Positions 50,376 to 63,013 are shown, counted from the first letter of the stretch. The stretch: DNA of 64,000 bases from Octopus bimaculoides (GCF_001194135.2 NC_068987.1:103845233-103909232); one strand, 5' to 3'. Program-made: numbers and translations. Notes: generated by a model from the sequence alone, not told the origin.

Positions 50376-50606
50376 CATAAAATGCACTGAACTATTGACT
50401 GGGTCATTGGAAACTTGTAACCAGCAATGTTTATTTGCCCACAATATGAAATGTTTATTCTTTTACTACTTTGTCTTGGGGCTATGGTCTTGCTGAAGGA
50501 TCACCTTCAATAGTTTAATTAATTACATTTCAGTCAGGTACTTATTTTATTGACTGGCTGTGTTTTATGCAGAACTTTTTTTAATTTTATTTTTTTTTTT
50601 TTTAAT

Positions 50607-51052
50607 TCATATCTGCCTCTTAGAATGTCATAGTGTGATTGTGTTTAGCAGTCTCTCCCTATATCCTGGACATGTATGCTTCAGTCATATATAGAATAAC
50701 TATTGACTGGTTAGAGTTGCTTTGGTACTGTGTGCACTTATATTATGATGGCTGTTGATTGATGCATACTTTTGACTGGTTAGACCTGTTTTTATATTCT
50801 GGAGGTTAACCCTTTAGCATTTAAACCAGCCATTTCAAGCCTAAATATTCTTGCCTGTTTTATGTTTAAACCAGCCTGCCCTGGCCTCTTGCACCTAAAT
50901 TACAATGTGATTCTGAAAACAATCGCATCATTGAAATCATGAAACTATAAGATAATGCATGGTTAAGTCAAAACAATATGAATAAATAATACATTTTACA
51001 GTATAATCTAAATGCTAAAGGGTTAATAAAAAATAGCAATTAGTTCAAAATG
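50607..51052 (+). repeat. Copy 1 of a ~450-bp intragenic direct duplication containing a TTAA MITE (~50806-51025)
   Basis: Near-identical to 53809-54258. The embedded element has ends ttaaccctttagcattt / aaatgctaaagggttaa. Confidence 0.92.
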
Positions 51053-51062
51053 TGTGTGCGCC

Positions 51063-51515
51063 TACATCATCATCATGCGTCTGTTGTCCATGCTGGCATG
51101 GGTTGGACAGTTTGACTGGGCTGGCATCCTGGAAGGCTGCGCCAGGCTCCAGTCTGATTTGGCATGGTTTTCTATGGTTGGATACCCTTCCTAATGCCAA
51201 CCACTCCAAGAGTGTAATGGGTGCTTTTACGTGCTACCATTACAGGTTCCATTCGTGTGACACCAGTATCTGCCGTGACTGATTTTGCTCAGCTTGATGG
51301 GTCTTCTTCTCAAGTACAACATAATTCCAAAGGTCTTAGTCATTGCTTCCATGGGGCCCAACACTCAAAAGGAACTCGGCCACCTCACCTCCATGAGGCC
51401 CAATGCTCAAAAGGAACTCAGCCACTTTGCCTCCGTCAGGCCCAATGCTCAAAAGGAACTCAGCCACTTTGCCTCCGTCAGGCCCAATGCTTGAAAGAAA
51501 CCCAACCACTATGCC
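51063..51515 (+). repeat. Family C SINE-like copy followed by a 42-bp tandem repeat (~4 units, ~51352-51515)
   Basis: Unit aggcccaatgctcaaaaggaactcagccactttgcctccgtc, visible as the QAQCSKGTQPLCLR periodicity in the ORF track. Confidence 0.8.
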
Positions 51516-52546
51516 TCTTAACAGGTCTTTTTGGAAGCAGTGTTTTACAGCTGGTGCCAACCATTGTATGTACAGATGCAACCTATTTAATTTAAAACAT
51601 TGGTTACACATAACTAGGGCATATTCACACAGGTACAGGCATAGCTGTGTGGTAATGAAATTCACTTTGTAACCACTTGGCCTATTCCAAGGCCCACTAT
51701 CATGGCCAAGTGTCTTTTATAGGCTCAAGATGACCAATAAACTTAGGAGTGAAACTGTAAATGGAACCTATACAGAAGCTCATAGTGTGTATGCAAATAT
51801 TTCACCAGTATGCAATATAATTTAACCTGTGATGACCAGTGGAATAAAAAAAAAAATCTCTTAATTGATAAACAGGTATGGATTAGTGCCAGGAAGAGCA
51901 TCTAGCCATAAAATATTGTATCAAAAAGTATAGTCCAACTTGTGCCAGCGTGGAAAATGTCTGTGTTAAAATAAAGTGTTCCTCAAGGTGGGTGGGGCTT
52001 TGCAGTATTTTGGTGTAATGTAGGTTACTTCAGAATAGAGTGTAAGTAACAAGTGAATACAACTTGCGATAGCGTTTTTGTTAAAACTTCTAATGAATAT
52101 GTGGGCTGCCTTTTTTTTTTCTTCTTAATAGCTGTGGGTTGTGGGACAAAAAAAGTTTGAGAAACATTGCATTAAAATGACGATTATGAACAGGCTTCTG
52201 CAGTTTTTGTCTGCCAAGTTCTATGTGAGGCATTGGTTTATCAAAGGCCACAGCAGAAGGGACTTGCTTAAAGTGCCATACAATAGGACTGGATGTGGAA
52301 CTACTTTCTGAAGTGAAATTCGTAATCACATGTCCATGTTATATAAAATGAAATTAATCCTGGAACCAGCAGCTCTTTCTAAAAGTATATCAGCATCAAG
52401 AATTTTGACAAGTTCGAGGCATTTATTGATTCCTACCTGTGCTGATTTAGTATAGCAGCTAAAACAAATTTAGATAAAATATTGGTTCTTAAAATTTTTT
52501 GTTCATTCAGCTAAATGTGTTCTTTTTTTTTTTATACTTATCTCAG

Positions 52547-52739
52547 AACTAATTGGAGACCTGCTGAAGGAAAAACCAACAGAATATGATGGCTTTGATT
52601 CTGTTGTTGTTGTTGACAATGTTCCAATTGTCGGCCCTGAGAGGTTTGAGAAACTACAGAATGTTATCAGAAAGTTTTTCCAACGCTTTGGCAAGATCAG
52701 AACCGAACATTATCCAATGGAAAATGGCGAAAACAAGGG
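52547..52739 (+). CDS. eIF3b: eIF3b coding exon 2 (RRM, N-terminal part)
   Basis: tctcag|AA...GG|gtgagt, 193 nt. (E)[64 protein letters not shown], with the RNP2-like VVVDNVP. Confidence 0.97.
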
Positions 52740-53808
52740 GTGAGTATTAAATGTTGCTGTTTACAGATTCATATAGTCAGGGTTGCTTTCTTTGGTTTTG
52801 TTTTCATCACATCTTTTTTCTGTCCATTCACTGTCCCTTCATTTTAGGTGACTATACAGTTTTCCCATATGTTCTATAGAAGCAGGAAAGAAGGTACATG
52901 TGTGATTGTATGGATTTTTCTTTGTAATCGCATTGTTTTGAATTTCGTCTCTGTGACACCTTGGACAAGTATCTTCATCTTCAGGCTGACCAAGTTGTGT
53001 GTAAAACGTGTAGGCTGAAACTGTCTGGAAGCTTGTGTGTGTGTTAGTCCAAATGTTGGCATTCTACATCTTTGCTTGTTGCTGTCTGAGCAAAAATTGA
53101 TGTGATATTTGCCCTTGGATAAAGAAATTCTATGGCAGCTGAAAAGACTGATTGCAGCCAGAAAACGTTTTGGTTGCTCAATAAGGAACTTACTTGGGTC
53201 AAATATGAACTACTTATTTGCTAAAGTGAGCCGTTATGTAATGGCTTAAGATGCTAGGAATAGAACCCAAATCATAATCTAATGTAATAATAAAAAGGGA
53301 AGGAAGGACATATTAAATAGTAGTTACATTATGTCTGAATATAAGAGAGTTGCCATTGTCATGAATATCTTTGGATATGGCCGGTACTGAATGTTTCACA
53401 AGTGCCTACTGCTACAATGTGGCTGCAAGTTCTTAACAAATCAATGATCCAGTTCATTTAGTGCAGGTGTTGAAACAGCACAGTTGTCTTTGATTTCTCT
53501 AGTCTTGCTGTTTATAGCTATAAACTGTTTTGCTTCTGTCAGTTAATCTTATAACACTGTAGTCTATAAAGCAGCAATTTATGATGTGGTGTACATGACA
53601 GTTCTGTGTAATCATTAATGATTTCATAATTTTCCTGCCAAAACTAGCTTCCACTCTTCTAAAATTGATAGATTAACTGCTAAATTTGTCAAAATGTCCA
53701 TATCTTTTTATTCATTCTTTGGCCATTTGTTGCAATAATTTTTACAAAGCCATCTGTATTTTATACAACTATTGGTATTTACTTTTTTTTTTTTTTTAAT
53801 TTTTATTT

Positions 53809-54258
53809 TCACATCTGCCTCTTAGAATGTCATAGTGTGATTGTGTTTAGCAGTCTCTCCCTATATCCTGGACAAGAATGATTCAGTCATATATAGAATA
53901 ACTATTGACTGGTTAGAGTTGCTTTGGTACTGTGTGCACTTATATTATGATGGCTGTTGATTGATGCGTACTTTTGACTGGTTAGACCTGTTTTTATATT
54001 CTGGAGGTTAACCCTTTAGCATTTAAACCAGCCATTTCCAGCCTAAATATTCTTGCCTGTTTTATGTTTAAACCAGCCTGCCCTGGCCTCTTGCACCTAA
54101 ATTACAATGTGATTCTGAAAAGAAACAATCGCATCATTGAAATCATGAAACTATAAGATAATGCATGGTTAAGTCAAAACAATATGAATAAATAATACAT
54201 TTTACAGTATAATCTGAATGCTAAAGAGTTAAGAAAAAATAGCAATTGGTTCAAAATG
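53809..54258 (+). repeat. Copy 2 of the ~450-bp intragenic duplication
   Basis: About 10 substitutions and one 4-nt indel versus copy 1 by manual comparison. Ends ~75 nt before the exon 3 acceptor. Confidence 0.92.
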
Positions 54259-54332
54259 CTATGGAATTCTGGCCATAATTTTTGCACGTTTTCTTTGTGT
54301 ATTTACTTATTATCTATCGTTTTTTATTTCAG

Positions 54333-54452
54333 CTATGTGTTTCTTGAATACACTTGCCCTGAGCATGCACTTGAGGCTGTGAAACTGGCAAACAACCACA
54401 AGATGGACAAGCAGCATATGTTGCAAGTTAACCTGTTTTCAGACTTCCTCAA
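54333..54452 (+). CDS. eIF3b: eIF3b coding exon 3 (RRM, RNP1)
   Basis: atttcag|C...AA|gtaagt, 120 nt. (G)[39 protein letters not shown](K); KGYVFLEY is RNP1. Confidence 0.97.
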
Positions 54453-55454
54453 GTAAGTTTCTTGTCTTATTCTATTGCTACTAGAACAAACTAGAGGTAC
54501 TGTACAAGTGTTTCTATTGTATCTTACTAGGACAAAGTTGATTTGTGGGAGATGGGGTAAACGGTGTTTGACTATATGGTCGATAAGTTTGTCAGTTAAT
54601 GTGTGCGTTTACACACACACGTTAAATAACACTGCTTTCTGTGAACAAGAAAACCTTAATTTCTATACAATGTTACTGGATAGTTTTCTTGGAATCTATA
54701 GATTTTCTGTAACCAGAACTAGTCTGACATAATTTTTGCACGAAGAATGTTATATTACACAATATAACATTCTTCCTAACTCATTAATTCTTACCTTGAT
54801 CAATGTTTTTGTTCTGTGTATAATTAAATACAGGTTGCAGGCATTGTTGTTTTTTAAGAAGTTTGCTTTACATCTGTGTAATCTTGAGTCTATTCTCACT
54901 ACACAATGTCTTGGGCAAGCATCTTCCACATCATAACCTTAGGTCAACTAAAGACTTGTGAATGAAATTTAGAAGGAAACTATCTGTAAGACCTTTTGAG
55001 GAATTGTTCCTGTTCCAGTGAGGTAGACCTTATCCCTTGCACAGATTAACACACCATCTGGTACTTGTGTGCTTCTGAGTCCATTTGGAAGCCCCTTGGA
55101 GAAGTCTTTAGGTGCAGATGCTCAAACATGCCATAAAAAAACAGACTATTGAAATAAATGTGTGTAAATTGTTAGTTGCTTTACATCTGTTTTTCCATGC
55201 TTGCATGGGTTGAACAAAAGTTATTTTAAGCATTGGTTTTCCTATTGCATGTGCTTCCTGACCCCTACGTGTTTTTCAAGTAAGGGATCATTTATTCCAC
55301 TCAGCTTCAAAAGCACAAAATGCCTGGACAATTCATTGAAGGATAGAAGCTGACAGCACTACCACCCATCACACGATCTTACAAGCAATTGCAGATGCAA
55401 ACATACACAAAACATACATGTGACAGTCTTTAATTTTCTTTATGCCAGCTTTTG

Positions 55455-55700
55455 ATCATCCCTTGTCTATAGCAGAAGACATTTGCCCAAAGTGCCATGC
55501 AGTGAGACTGAACCTGGAACTGCATGGTTTGGAAGCTAACTTCTCAACCACACAGCCAACCCAGTGCCTGTTGCAGCTGTGATAGCACTTGTGTGTGGGT
55601 GTGGTTTCAGGTTCAATTCCATGATGTATATCAAGCAAGTAGTTTCTTCTGTAGCCCTGGGTTATGGAGCCTTGTGAGTAAATTTAGCTAATAGAAACTG
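55455..55700. mobile_element. Two family A SINE head fragments in inverted (head-to-head) orientation
   Basis: Minus copy ...gagactgaacctggaactgcatggtttggaagc..accacacagcc (55455-55560) and plus copy tggtttcaggttcaattcc..gccttgtgagtaaattt..agaaactg (55590-55700). Confidence 0.65.
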
Positions 55701-56135
55701 TAAGAAGTGTTTAAACTGGCCAGATCTAGTCTCTCACCCATCTGACAATGTCATTCAAATCATAAGCAATCACATCTTCAGAATCTCAAACCAATAAGAT
55801 AATGCATTAATGCATGATTACTTCAAAACAATGTGAATGGAATAAGTATTGAATTTGACAGTAATTTGAATGCCAATGGGTTAATGTGTGTTCATATTTC
55901 CACCACGCTGTCCATCACTGAAGCATTTTCAGGCTTCTTGATATATTGCACAATCTTTGTAAACAAAAAGCTCATTCAGTTGGTGCAATGTATCCAGGAT
56001 GTTGTTCATTAGACTGGGATATTAATACTTCACTTGGAAACACAGGTGGGATCAACAAGAATGTCATCCAACCATAAAATCTCTGCTCCAGTGTACCCCT
56101 ATCTCACCCATGCAAGCATAAAAAAAGTAAACATT

Positions 56136-57058
56136 AACCCTTTAGTATTCAGATTAATCAGTCGAATATAGTGCTTATTCATGTTATTTTGAATTATTCA
56201 GGTTCAAGAGGGGTGTCCGCAATATTTGCTTGTAATTTTGTTAATTTTTTTACATACAGATTTGAAATTTTGTCAGTGGTTGCTTATATACCAGTGGTTT
56301 ATAGTTATGTAATTTTAGCTGATTTTCTGATTAAATTTGACTTTTATGGGCAGGTAAATTTAATTAACAGGTGTAAAAGCAGTAACATTATGGATAAATG
56401 CTAACATTGAAATTCTTAATGCATCTTAACTGTTTGATTTGTTACTAAAATTATCCCAGATGTCAACTGCCAACAATTTTGCCACTTTTCAAGATGAGGT
56501 ACAATAATTCGAATTAATTAAAATACAGATATAATCGGTACAAGATTTTAATCTTTCTTTATATTTCATTTAAACATTTTCACTGAAAATAAGTACAAAA
56601 CTCTTTTACTAGTCAATATATCATTGGCTATGTACTCTTATACAATTTCATGAATACATTTACATAACAGAATGCATCTAATAAACAGAGTTCATTAACA
56701 GGTGAGACAAAGGTGAATACAGGTGTGTAACCTACTGAAAATCAATATGTATTTCTCACTTTCACATTATTTGTAATAAAATGAAAGGAATATATCATAG
56801 TATTACTATCAAACAACAAAATATAGTTATGCTATATTTCTATCGTGGAACTATCCAAAGCACCCTTTACATAAGGGCACTTTGCAAAACGACCTCATAT
56901 ATAAGGTCTCAACCTGATATCCCTTCAGAGTTTTTTCTTTTTTGCAGCGGACACAATGATTTCATAGAGTAATCAGATATGGACAGATTTGGCTGGTTCA
57001 AACAAATAAAGGGGAATTATTTTCGGCCAGTTTTGACCAGTCTGAACACTAAAGGGTT
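56136..57058. mobile_element. ~920-bp non-autonomous TIR element, piggyBac-like (TTAA/CCC termini)
   Basis: 18-bp TIR aaccctttagtattcaga (56136-56153) / tctgaacactaaagggtt (57041-57058) with one mismatch. The termini resemble the shorter TTAACCCTTTAGCATT MITEs elsewhere in the window. Confidence 0.65.
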
Positions 57059-57303
57059 GTAATGGTGACGTTGATGGTACCATGTGATTGCTTACATTCT
57101 CGGCTGGTACTGTCCAATGCACACATGCTGAGGCTGTAAAACTTAGCTTAAGCTCTGTTGTGCTTTAGTAAAAGCCTCTGCATAGATTCTGTGATGGCTA
57201 TAGCCACATCTGTGTTTCTAGGGAGACTAGAAGTGAGAGTAAACCACTTCTGTAATTATTTCTCTAAACAGTTGATAGTTTGTTTTGTGTTTTCTTTTTC
57301 TAG

Positions 57304-57361
57304 ATATGAAAATATGCCCAAGGAGTGGGAACCGCCTCAGCCTAAACCATATAAAGACATG
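57304..57361 (+). CDS. eIF3b: eIF3b coding exon 4
   Basis: ttttctag|A...ATG|gtaaga, 58 nt. (K)YENMPKEWEPPQPKPYKDM. Confidence 0.95.
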
Positions 57362-58084
57362 GTAAGACCAATTATGTATATAACTGTTACATGTATGTAT
57401 TGTGTGTTCTGTACATGTTTCTATAATTATATTTATCCTATTTTATTATTCACATTTTTCCTCCTTCCGATTTAACTCTCAATTCTTAAATACAGAATTG
57501 TTGCTGTTGTTCAGTTCCTGGTCAGCTCTGATAAAGCAGAAGTATTCTGGCCATAACCAACTTGTCTTTAGATATATCAAGGATAGTGTTTTTGCTTTTT
57601 AAAAACTAGTGTTTTGCTGATTCTAACAGTTTAGGTAGCCATGGAGAATCTTCTTGATTGGCTCACCAGCATTTTGAATGGTTATTTGATGTACTAGTGA
57701 GTTGTTTAGCTGTAGGTCAGTTCTGGCCAAAACTACTCCAACCATTACCGTCCAGTCTTTTATTCCGACATATATTATCTAATGTGGTACGGTGATAGGG
57801 TGTGATTTGAGGAAGATTTGTCTAGTTTCAACTGTTGCTGACCACAGATTCCTCTTATTGAAGTAGTTAGCTATTGTTGCAAGATTTATACTGCAAATAT
57901 GTAGTATCTGAAGAATCACAAACAGTTGTTAGTCAATTGCATTGTGGTAGTCATTGTGGTCATTTAAAATACATTGCAGGTAACAAACCAGATGGCGTAT
58001 ACTAGTAGCAGTTGCCATTCAACGCATGCTGACATGACAAAGAACCGAGATATATAGTGCACTGTTGTACTGAAGAAGATCTGT

Positions 58085-58272
58085 TCTCTGTTATGTGCCA
58101 CATAAAAAGCACCTAGTACACTCTGTAAAGTGGTTGGCATTAGGAAGGACATCCAATTAGAAACCAAGCCAAAACAAGCTGTGGAACCTGGTGTGGCTCC
58201 TGGCCTTGCTAGCGCCTCTCAGGCCATCCAACCCATGTCAGCATCAAAAACAGATATTAAATGATGATGATA
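58085..58272 (-). mobile_element. SINE-like family C copy, eIF3b intron 4
   Basis: ctgtaaagtggttggcattaggaaggacatcc..gccatccaacccatgtcagcat..ttaaatgatgatgat. Confidence 0.75.
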
Positions 58273-58606
58273 ATGTCAGTAATCAAAGTTTCATAATAAA
58301 TCTGCATCTTGGCTTGTGTATTATTCCAATTATACAATTTGACAATCAAGTCTTACCTGCTTTGACTGTGTTGGGTGATACTGTTCAAATTGGGTCTTAT
58401 TTCTGTAAAAGAAAGTCTTGGATTTTCAGTTATGCGAAATACAACATGACCTTCGACTCTTGAAGATCTGAACAGAAGTTAGATTGATTTCACAACTATA
58501 CATACATGTATGTTATCATTGATTTCTGTGTTGAAATATCATCATCATTGTTTAATGTCCGCTTTCCACTGGAAATGTAGGTTAATAAGTTCTCTTGTCA
58601 TTGCAG

Positions 58607-58738
58607 GGTAATCTCCGTTCCTGGTTGCTGAACAATGAAAGCTTTGATCAATATAGTGTAATCTATGATGCTGGTGACAAAACTGCCATTTTCTTCAATG
58701 GTTCTGGAGGACAACCGAATCTAGCTGAAGAGCGAAGT
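58607..58738 (+). CDS. eIF3b: eIF3b coding exon 5
   Basis: cattgcag|GGT...AGT|gtaagt, 132 nt. GNLRSWLLNNESFDQYSVIYDAGDKTAIFFNGSGGQPNLAEERS. Confidence 0.96.
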
Positions 58739-59402
58739 GTAAGTTGGACTCTCTCTATTTCTATCTCTATCTCTCTCACACACACACTCACAAAATAGCT
58801 TGTATTATGCTTTCCCTATTCTCCGTCTCAAAGTTTCCATTAGAAAGTCCATACTGCTGACCCATTCCAGACCACATTGCCATGGCTTGGACAAGTTTGC
58901 AGAGCAGCATATTGCCATTCCTCTTTATTCTATTACATCTTTTCTGTAAGTTCCACCATCTTGAGGCCTGATCTCATTCCCTTGCATCTTTTGTTTATCA
59001 TCCCCTATAAATACTCACCATTATCATTGCAAATATCATCTTGCACATATCTCTCAATTATTTTAATACCCATCCATTTTGACAACTCACTTGTGATCCA
59101 CCTTTCCATTGAATGTGATCCACACATTCAATGGATTATCATCTCCATTCTCTCAAGATTCCAAAGACATTTGCCATTCGATGTTCATGTCTTTTTCAAA
59201 TGTGGCACTATATTACTTCATTCATCTTTTCTTTATTCTGACCTTTGTACTGAGAACGAACCAGTTTGTCAAAAACTCACTTAACATTCCTGACCCTTGA
59301 CTATCTATTTACATATTCAATTTTAATACAACTGTTGATTCTAACAACTGCACCAGCCACAGTTTAAAGCGGTTCCTTTCAATTGTTTTTGTATACTTAC
59401 AG

Positions 59403-59560
59403 CGGTGGACAGAAACTTACGTACGTTGGTCCCCACAGGGAACTTACCTTGCTACTTTTCATTCCAAGGGTATTGCCCTTTGGGGTGGAGAGAAATTTGA
59501 GCAAATAATGAAGTTCAGTCACCCAGATGTCCAGCTTATAGACTTTTCTCCCTGTGAACG
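59403..59560 (+). CDS. eIF3b: eIF3b coding exon 6 (beta-propeller start)
   Basis: ttacag|CGG...CG|gtaagt, 158 nt. [52 protein letters not shown](R), hallmark eIF3b sequence. Confidence 0.98.
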
Positions 59561-60582
59561 GTAAGTTATTTTTAAGAATAGACCTGTTGCTGATAACCTA
59601 TCTAGTACTGGTAAAATAAATAAATTTACCCAGTCCATGCTATAAAGTGATCAGTGATATCCAACCTTAAAACAAAATGACATATGAAAAACAAAGTTTG
59701 ATAGATATGTTGTCTCTATTACTGGTGTACTAGATGAGGAAGGACTGCAGCATGTAGCAGGGTATTGTTTTGAAGTGGATGTTAAATGATAGCTTGTTAG
59801 CTATGTCCCCATTCTACCCAATGACATTAAGAAACCCTAAATCTCAGCAAATGGCCTCTCCACATCTGCTCAGTATCATGAAGACAGACACAGTAATAGT
59901 TTTCCATCTAAGATTACCACCCTATGGTTCATATCAGAGACAACCTGTCTGCATCAGTGTATAAGGGCTGCCCTCAAGAATCACAGCCATAACAAAGATG
60001 ACTTTTCAAGGAAGTTGGGCAATCTGAACAGATACAACATTTTACAAATAGGGTTCTACACTAACTACATGGAAAAGACAAGAATTTTGTTAGCCATAGC
60101 AGAGGTATCCCATCTAAGACGTCTGTAACTCTGAAGAAAAGCTGAGTGTAGAGCTTCTCTGGCATCATTGGCATCAAATGCATTGAAATAATACTGTAAA
60201 GTTATTTGTATTGAGAAGGGTACCCAGCTGAAAGTGTTGTACCAGAATTAACTACCTGCAGCAAGTGATGAAACTAAGACTTACCCAATCCATACTTTCA
60301 TGGTAAAGGACACAAAACGATTGCCTGTGTATTTGTGCGTGTGTGCACATGCACACTGGCATAACTGGTTGAGAAGTTCACTTCCCAGCAATGTGGTTTC
60401 AGTAGCACCATGGGAAAGTGATATCTACAAGCATTGTTCCTTCGCAGACATTTTGAATGGAAGTCCCTTATCTGAAAAACAAGTAAGGATTAGTGACAGA
60501 AGGGGCTTATAGTTGTAAAACAACAGCTCACCAATAATATATTCATCTCATCCATGCTGGCAAAGAACTAACATGACGTTTG

Positions 60583-60613
<31 letters not shown>

Positions 60614-60806
60614 CTGTATGTATATCATTGCAAGTGAGATACATGAAATCAGTTTCTGATGAAAAGATTCACCTCCTGATGTGGAAAGGTATGACCTTAA
60701 CACTTTAGAAACATAGTGTTTTTAATTTATAGTAACCAATAATTATACACCTATATTGCTTATGAATTGGGACCGTTTTCATGAATCTTCTTTGTTTTAT
60801 TTTTAG

Positions 60807-60938
60807 GTATCTCGTGTCATTCAGCCCTCTACAGGAGACTAAAGATGACCCTCAAGCTATTATTATTTGGGATATCCGTACTGGTCATAAGAAGAGAAGC
60901 TTCCACTGTGAAAACCAATCAACTTGGCCTGTATTTAA
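60807..60938 (+). CDS. eIF3b: eIF3b coding exon 7
   Basis: ttttag|G...AA|gtaagt, 132 nt. [43 protein letters not shown](K). Confidence 0.97.
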
Positions 60939-61988
60939 GTAAGTTCATCTCTTCTGTGTGTTAGAAAAGTAAAAGTACCTTGTAGTAACAGCTGGTCGTG
61001 AGTGATGGTCAGTATTATAAGTGTGTGTACTGAGAATGGGTGGTAGCTGAACCATAAAGACTCTGGAAGAAGTAGTAAATTGTATTTGGACCTTGTAGGC
61101 AACAAATAAAGGCTTCTGACCAGTGATGGCATACTGTACAACCCATTATTTCAAAAGGGTTTGTCTGACAGTGATTAATACCTCCTACAGAACTGGTGTA
61201 TGCCATGAATGTAGCTGCTGTTCAAAGAATTGTTTAACCTGCTTTATTGTTCTGTATATACACTTTAACAGTGGTGTCCATGTTTTAAAAACAGTTTGCT
61301 CTGTGTGATGCATTGCACTCACTGACTGCACACTCCCTTCTCACTCTTAAGGTGGTAGATTTTTGGCATGTCTTTTCTTGAATCACCACTTGCTTTATTA
61401 ACCTAAACCTTTGTAAGACACTTTTTGAATTCCTAAGACGATTTGGAGGGTAAAGGTACAATTTATAATCAGTTAACATGGCAGGTCAGTGATTAGTCCT
61501 TTAGCTTTTAAACCGCTCTATCCAGCCAAAATGTTCTATGTGTCTAGGTTCAAACTGGCCTGATCTAGTCTCTCACATCTACTCTACAATATCATTCTAA
61601 CAATATTGCATGATTAATTCAAAGCTGTATGAATAAATAAGCATTGCTTTCATAGAGTAATCTGAATGCTGCCAGGAGTTTTGAGAGGATTTACTCTTAT
61701 GAGCTGCATCTATCCTCATCAGAAACCTAACTGGAAGTTTTTTGTAGAATTCATTATTTGGGAGAAACAGTCAAATCGGATTATATATATCAGTCAATAG
61801 CTCAGTTTGCAGGTTGTTCCTTGGAAAGCCCTTAAGAGACCTTTTCCGCTAATTGTACTAAGTAGAAGTATTAAAGAAGGGTTTAGATGTGCATAAATTA
61901 GTGTAATAACTATTACTTTCAACTCGTCTATCTCTCTCACCTCATTAATCGTTGTGAACTGAACTTAGCCCCTTATTTTTGCTTTCAG

Positions 61989-62055
61989 GTGGAATAAGAC
62001 AGGTGAATATTTTGCCAGGCTTGGAACTGATGCTCTCAGTGTGTATGAAACACCT
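61989..62055 (+). CDS. eIF3b: eIF3b coding exon 8
   Basis: ctttcag|G...CCT|gtaagt, 67 nt. WNKTGEYFARLGTDALSVYETP. Confidence 0.96.
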
Positions 62056-62280
62056 GTAAGTATTTAATTTTACATCAAATATTGATTGAATTTTCAAAGG
62101 CTATAAAATTAGGGTACAGCATGATTAACTATTTAATACTCCTTGCATTAAATATTTTAGCACTGAGTATTGTTCTTCATGCAACCAACGTTTATGAGTA
62201 ATTCCGTGAACCATTCTATTTATCCCTATCACTATGCATTTATATTTGATTCTCCTGTCTCAACCTTGGCAACAACAGCA

Positions 62281-62394
62281 CATTATATTTTGGAGTTGTC
62301 TCCCATACTTGCGTACATAATATTTTGGAGTTGTCTCCCATACTTGCGTACATTATATTTTGGAGTTGTCTCCCATACTTGCGTACATAATATT
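62281..62394. repeat. 35-bp tandem repeat, 3 full units plus a partial
   Basis: catWatattttggagttgtctcccatacttgcgta starting at 62281, 62316 and 62351, with no spacers. Confidence 0.92.
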
Positions 62395-62966
62395 AACAGT
62401 TTTCGTAAACATTACACTGTTATTACTTTGCACACATAAGCAAAAGTAGAGCATTGTAGTGGTCGCGCGTCTTTTTGTTTGCAAATTTATTGGAAAACGG
62501 CTGAGCGGATTTTCACCAAATTTGGCAGAAATACTCATTGGCTTGAACTATCGGTTTCCAGGCCCTTCACAGATTTTCCTAGATTGGATAGACTAATGGG
62601 ATTGGCTAGTCGTTATTTTCTTAATCCCGTGGTTTTTCTGCCATTCTACATTCTTCTCTTTAACCATAATCTTTAACTTCAAACCAAAGCAACACTCCAA
62701 TTTAATTTATCCTCATTACATTACTGGTACATAATAACCAACCCCAAAAGCACTGGAGACAATCTGGTTAAATACTCTTGTTGCTACCAATATTAGAATC
62801 ACTGTTCACAAAATGAGGTATGGATGTTAAAAGACGATGATGATGACTACTTTTGTTGTTACTTTAACAGTCAGGATATTTATATATCATTGATTTCTTA
62901 TAAATAATTCATTCTCAAAAATTTGCCATACACATTGATTATTGCTATATTTTTTGTGTCTTTCAG

Positions 62967-63013
62967 TCGTTTGGTTTACTTGAAAAGAAAAGTTTAAAAC
63001 TACCTGGCATCAA
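62967..63013 (+). CDS. eIF3b: eIF3b coding exon 9 (gene continues beyond the window)
   Basis: ctttcag|TCG...AA|gtaagc, 47 nt. SFGLLEKKSLKLPGI(K). Confidence 0.95.

Noticed and set aside
54990-55132. H/ACA snoRNA candidate in eIF3b intron 3 (AGATTA box, catctg/cagatg stem, ACA)
   Set aside because: The 5' hairpin is poorly formed and the pocket-to-ACA distance (~21 nt) exceeds the usual 14-16 nt.
60801-60812. AG|GT junctions at some exon starts (here and at 29991) as recursive splice sites
   Set aside because: The regenerated donors (GTATCT, GTATAT) are weak and these are ordinary in-frame coding exons.
62281-62394. CRISPR-like 35-bp repeats
   Set aside because: Units are directly adjacent with no spacers, the context is a eukaryotic intron, and there are no cas genes.
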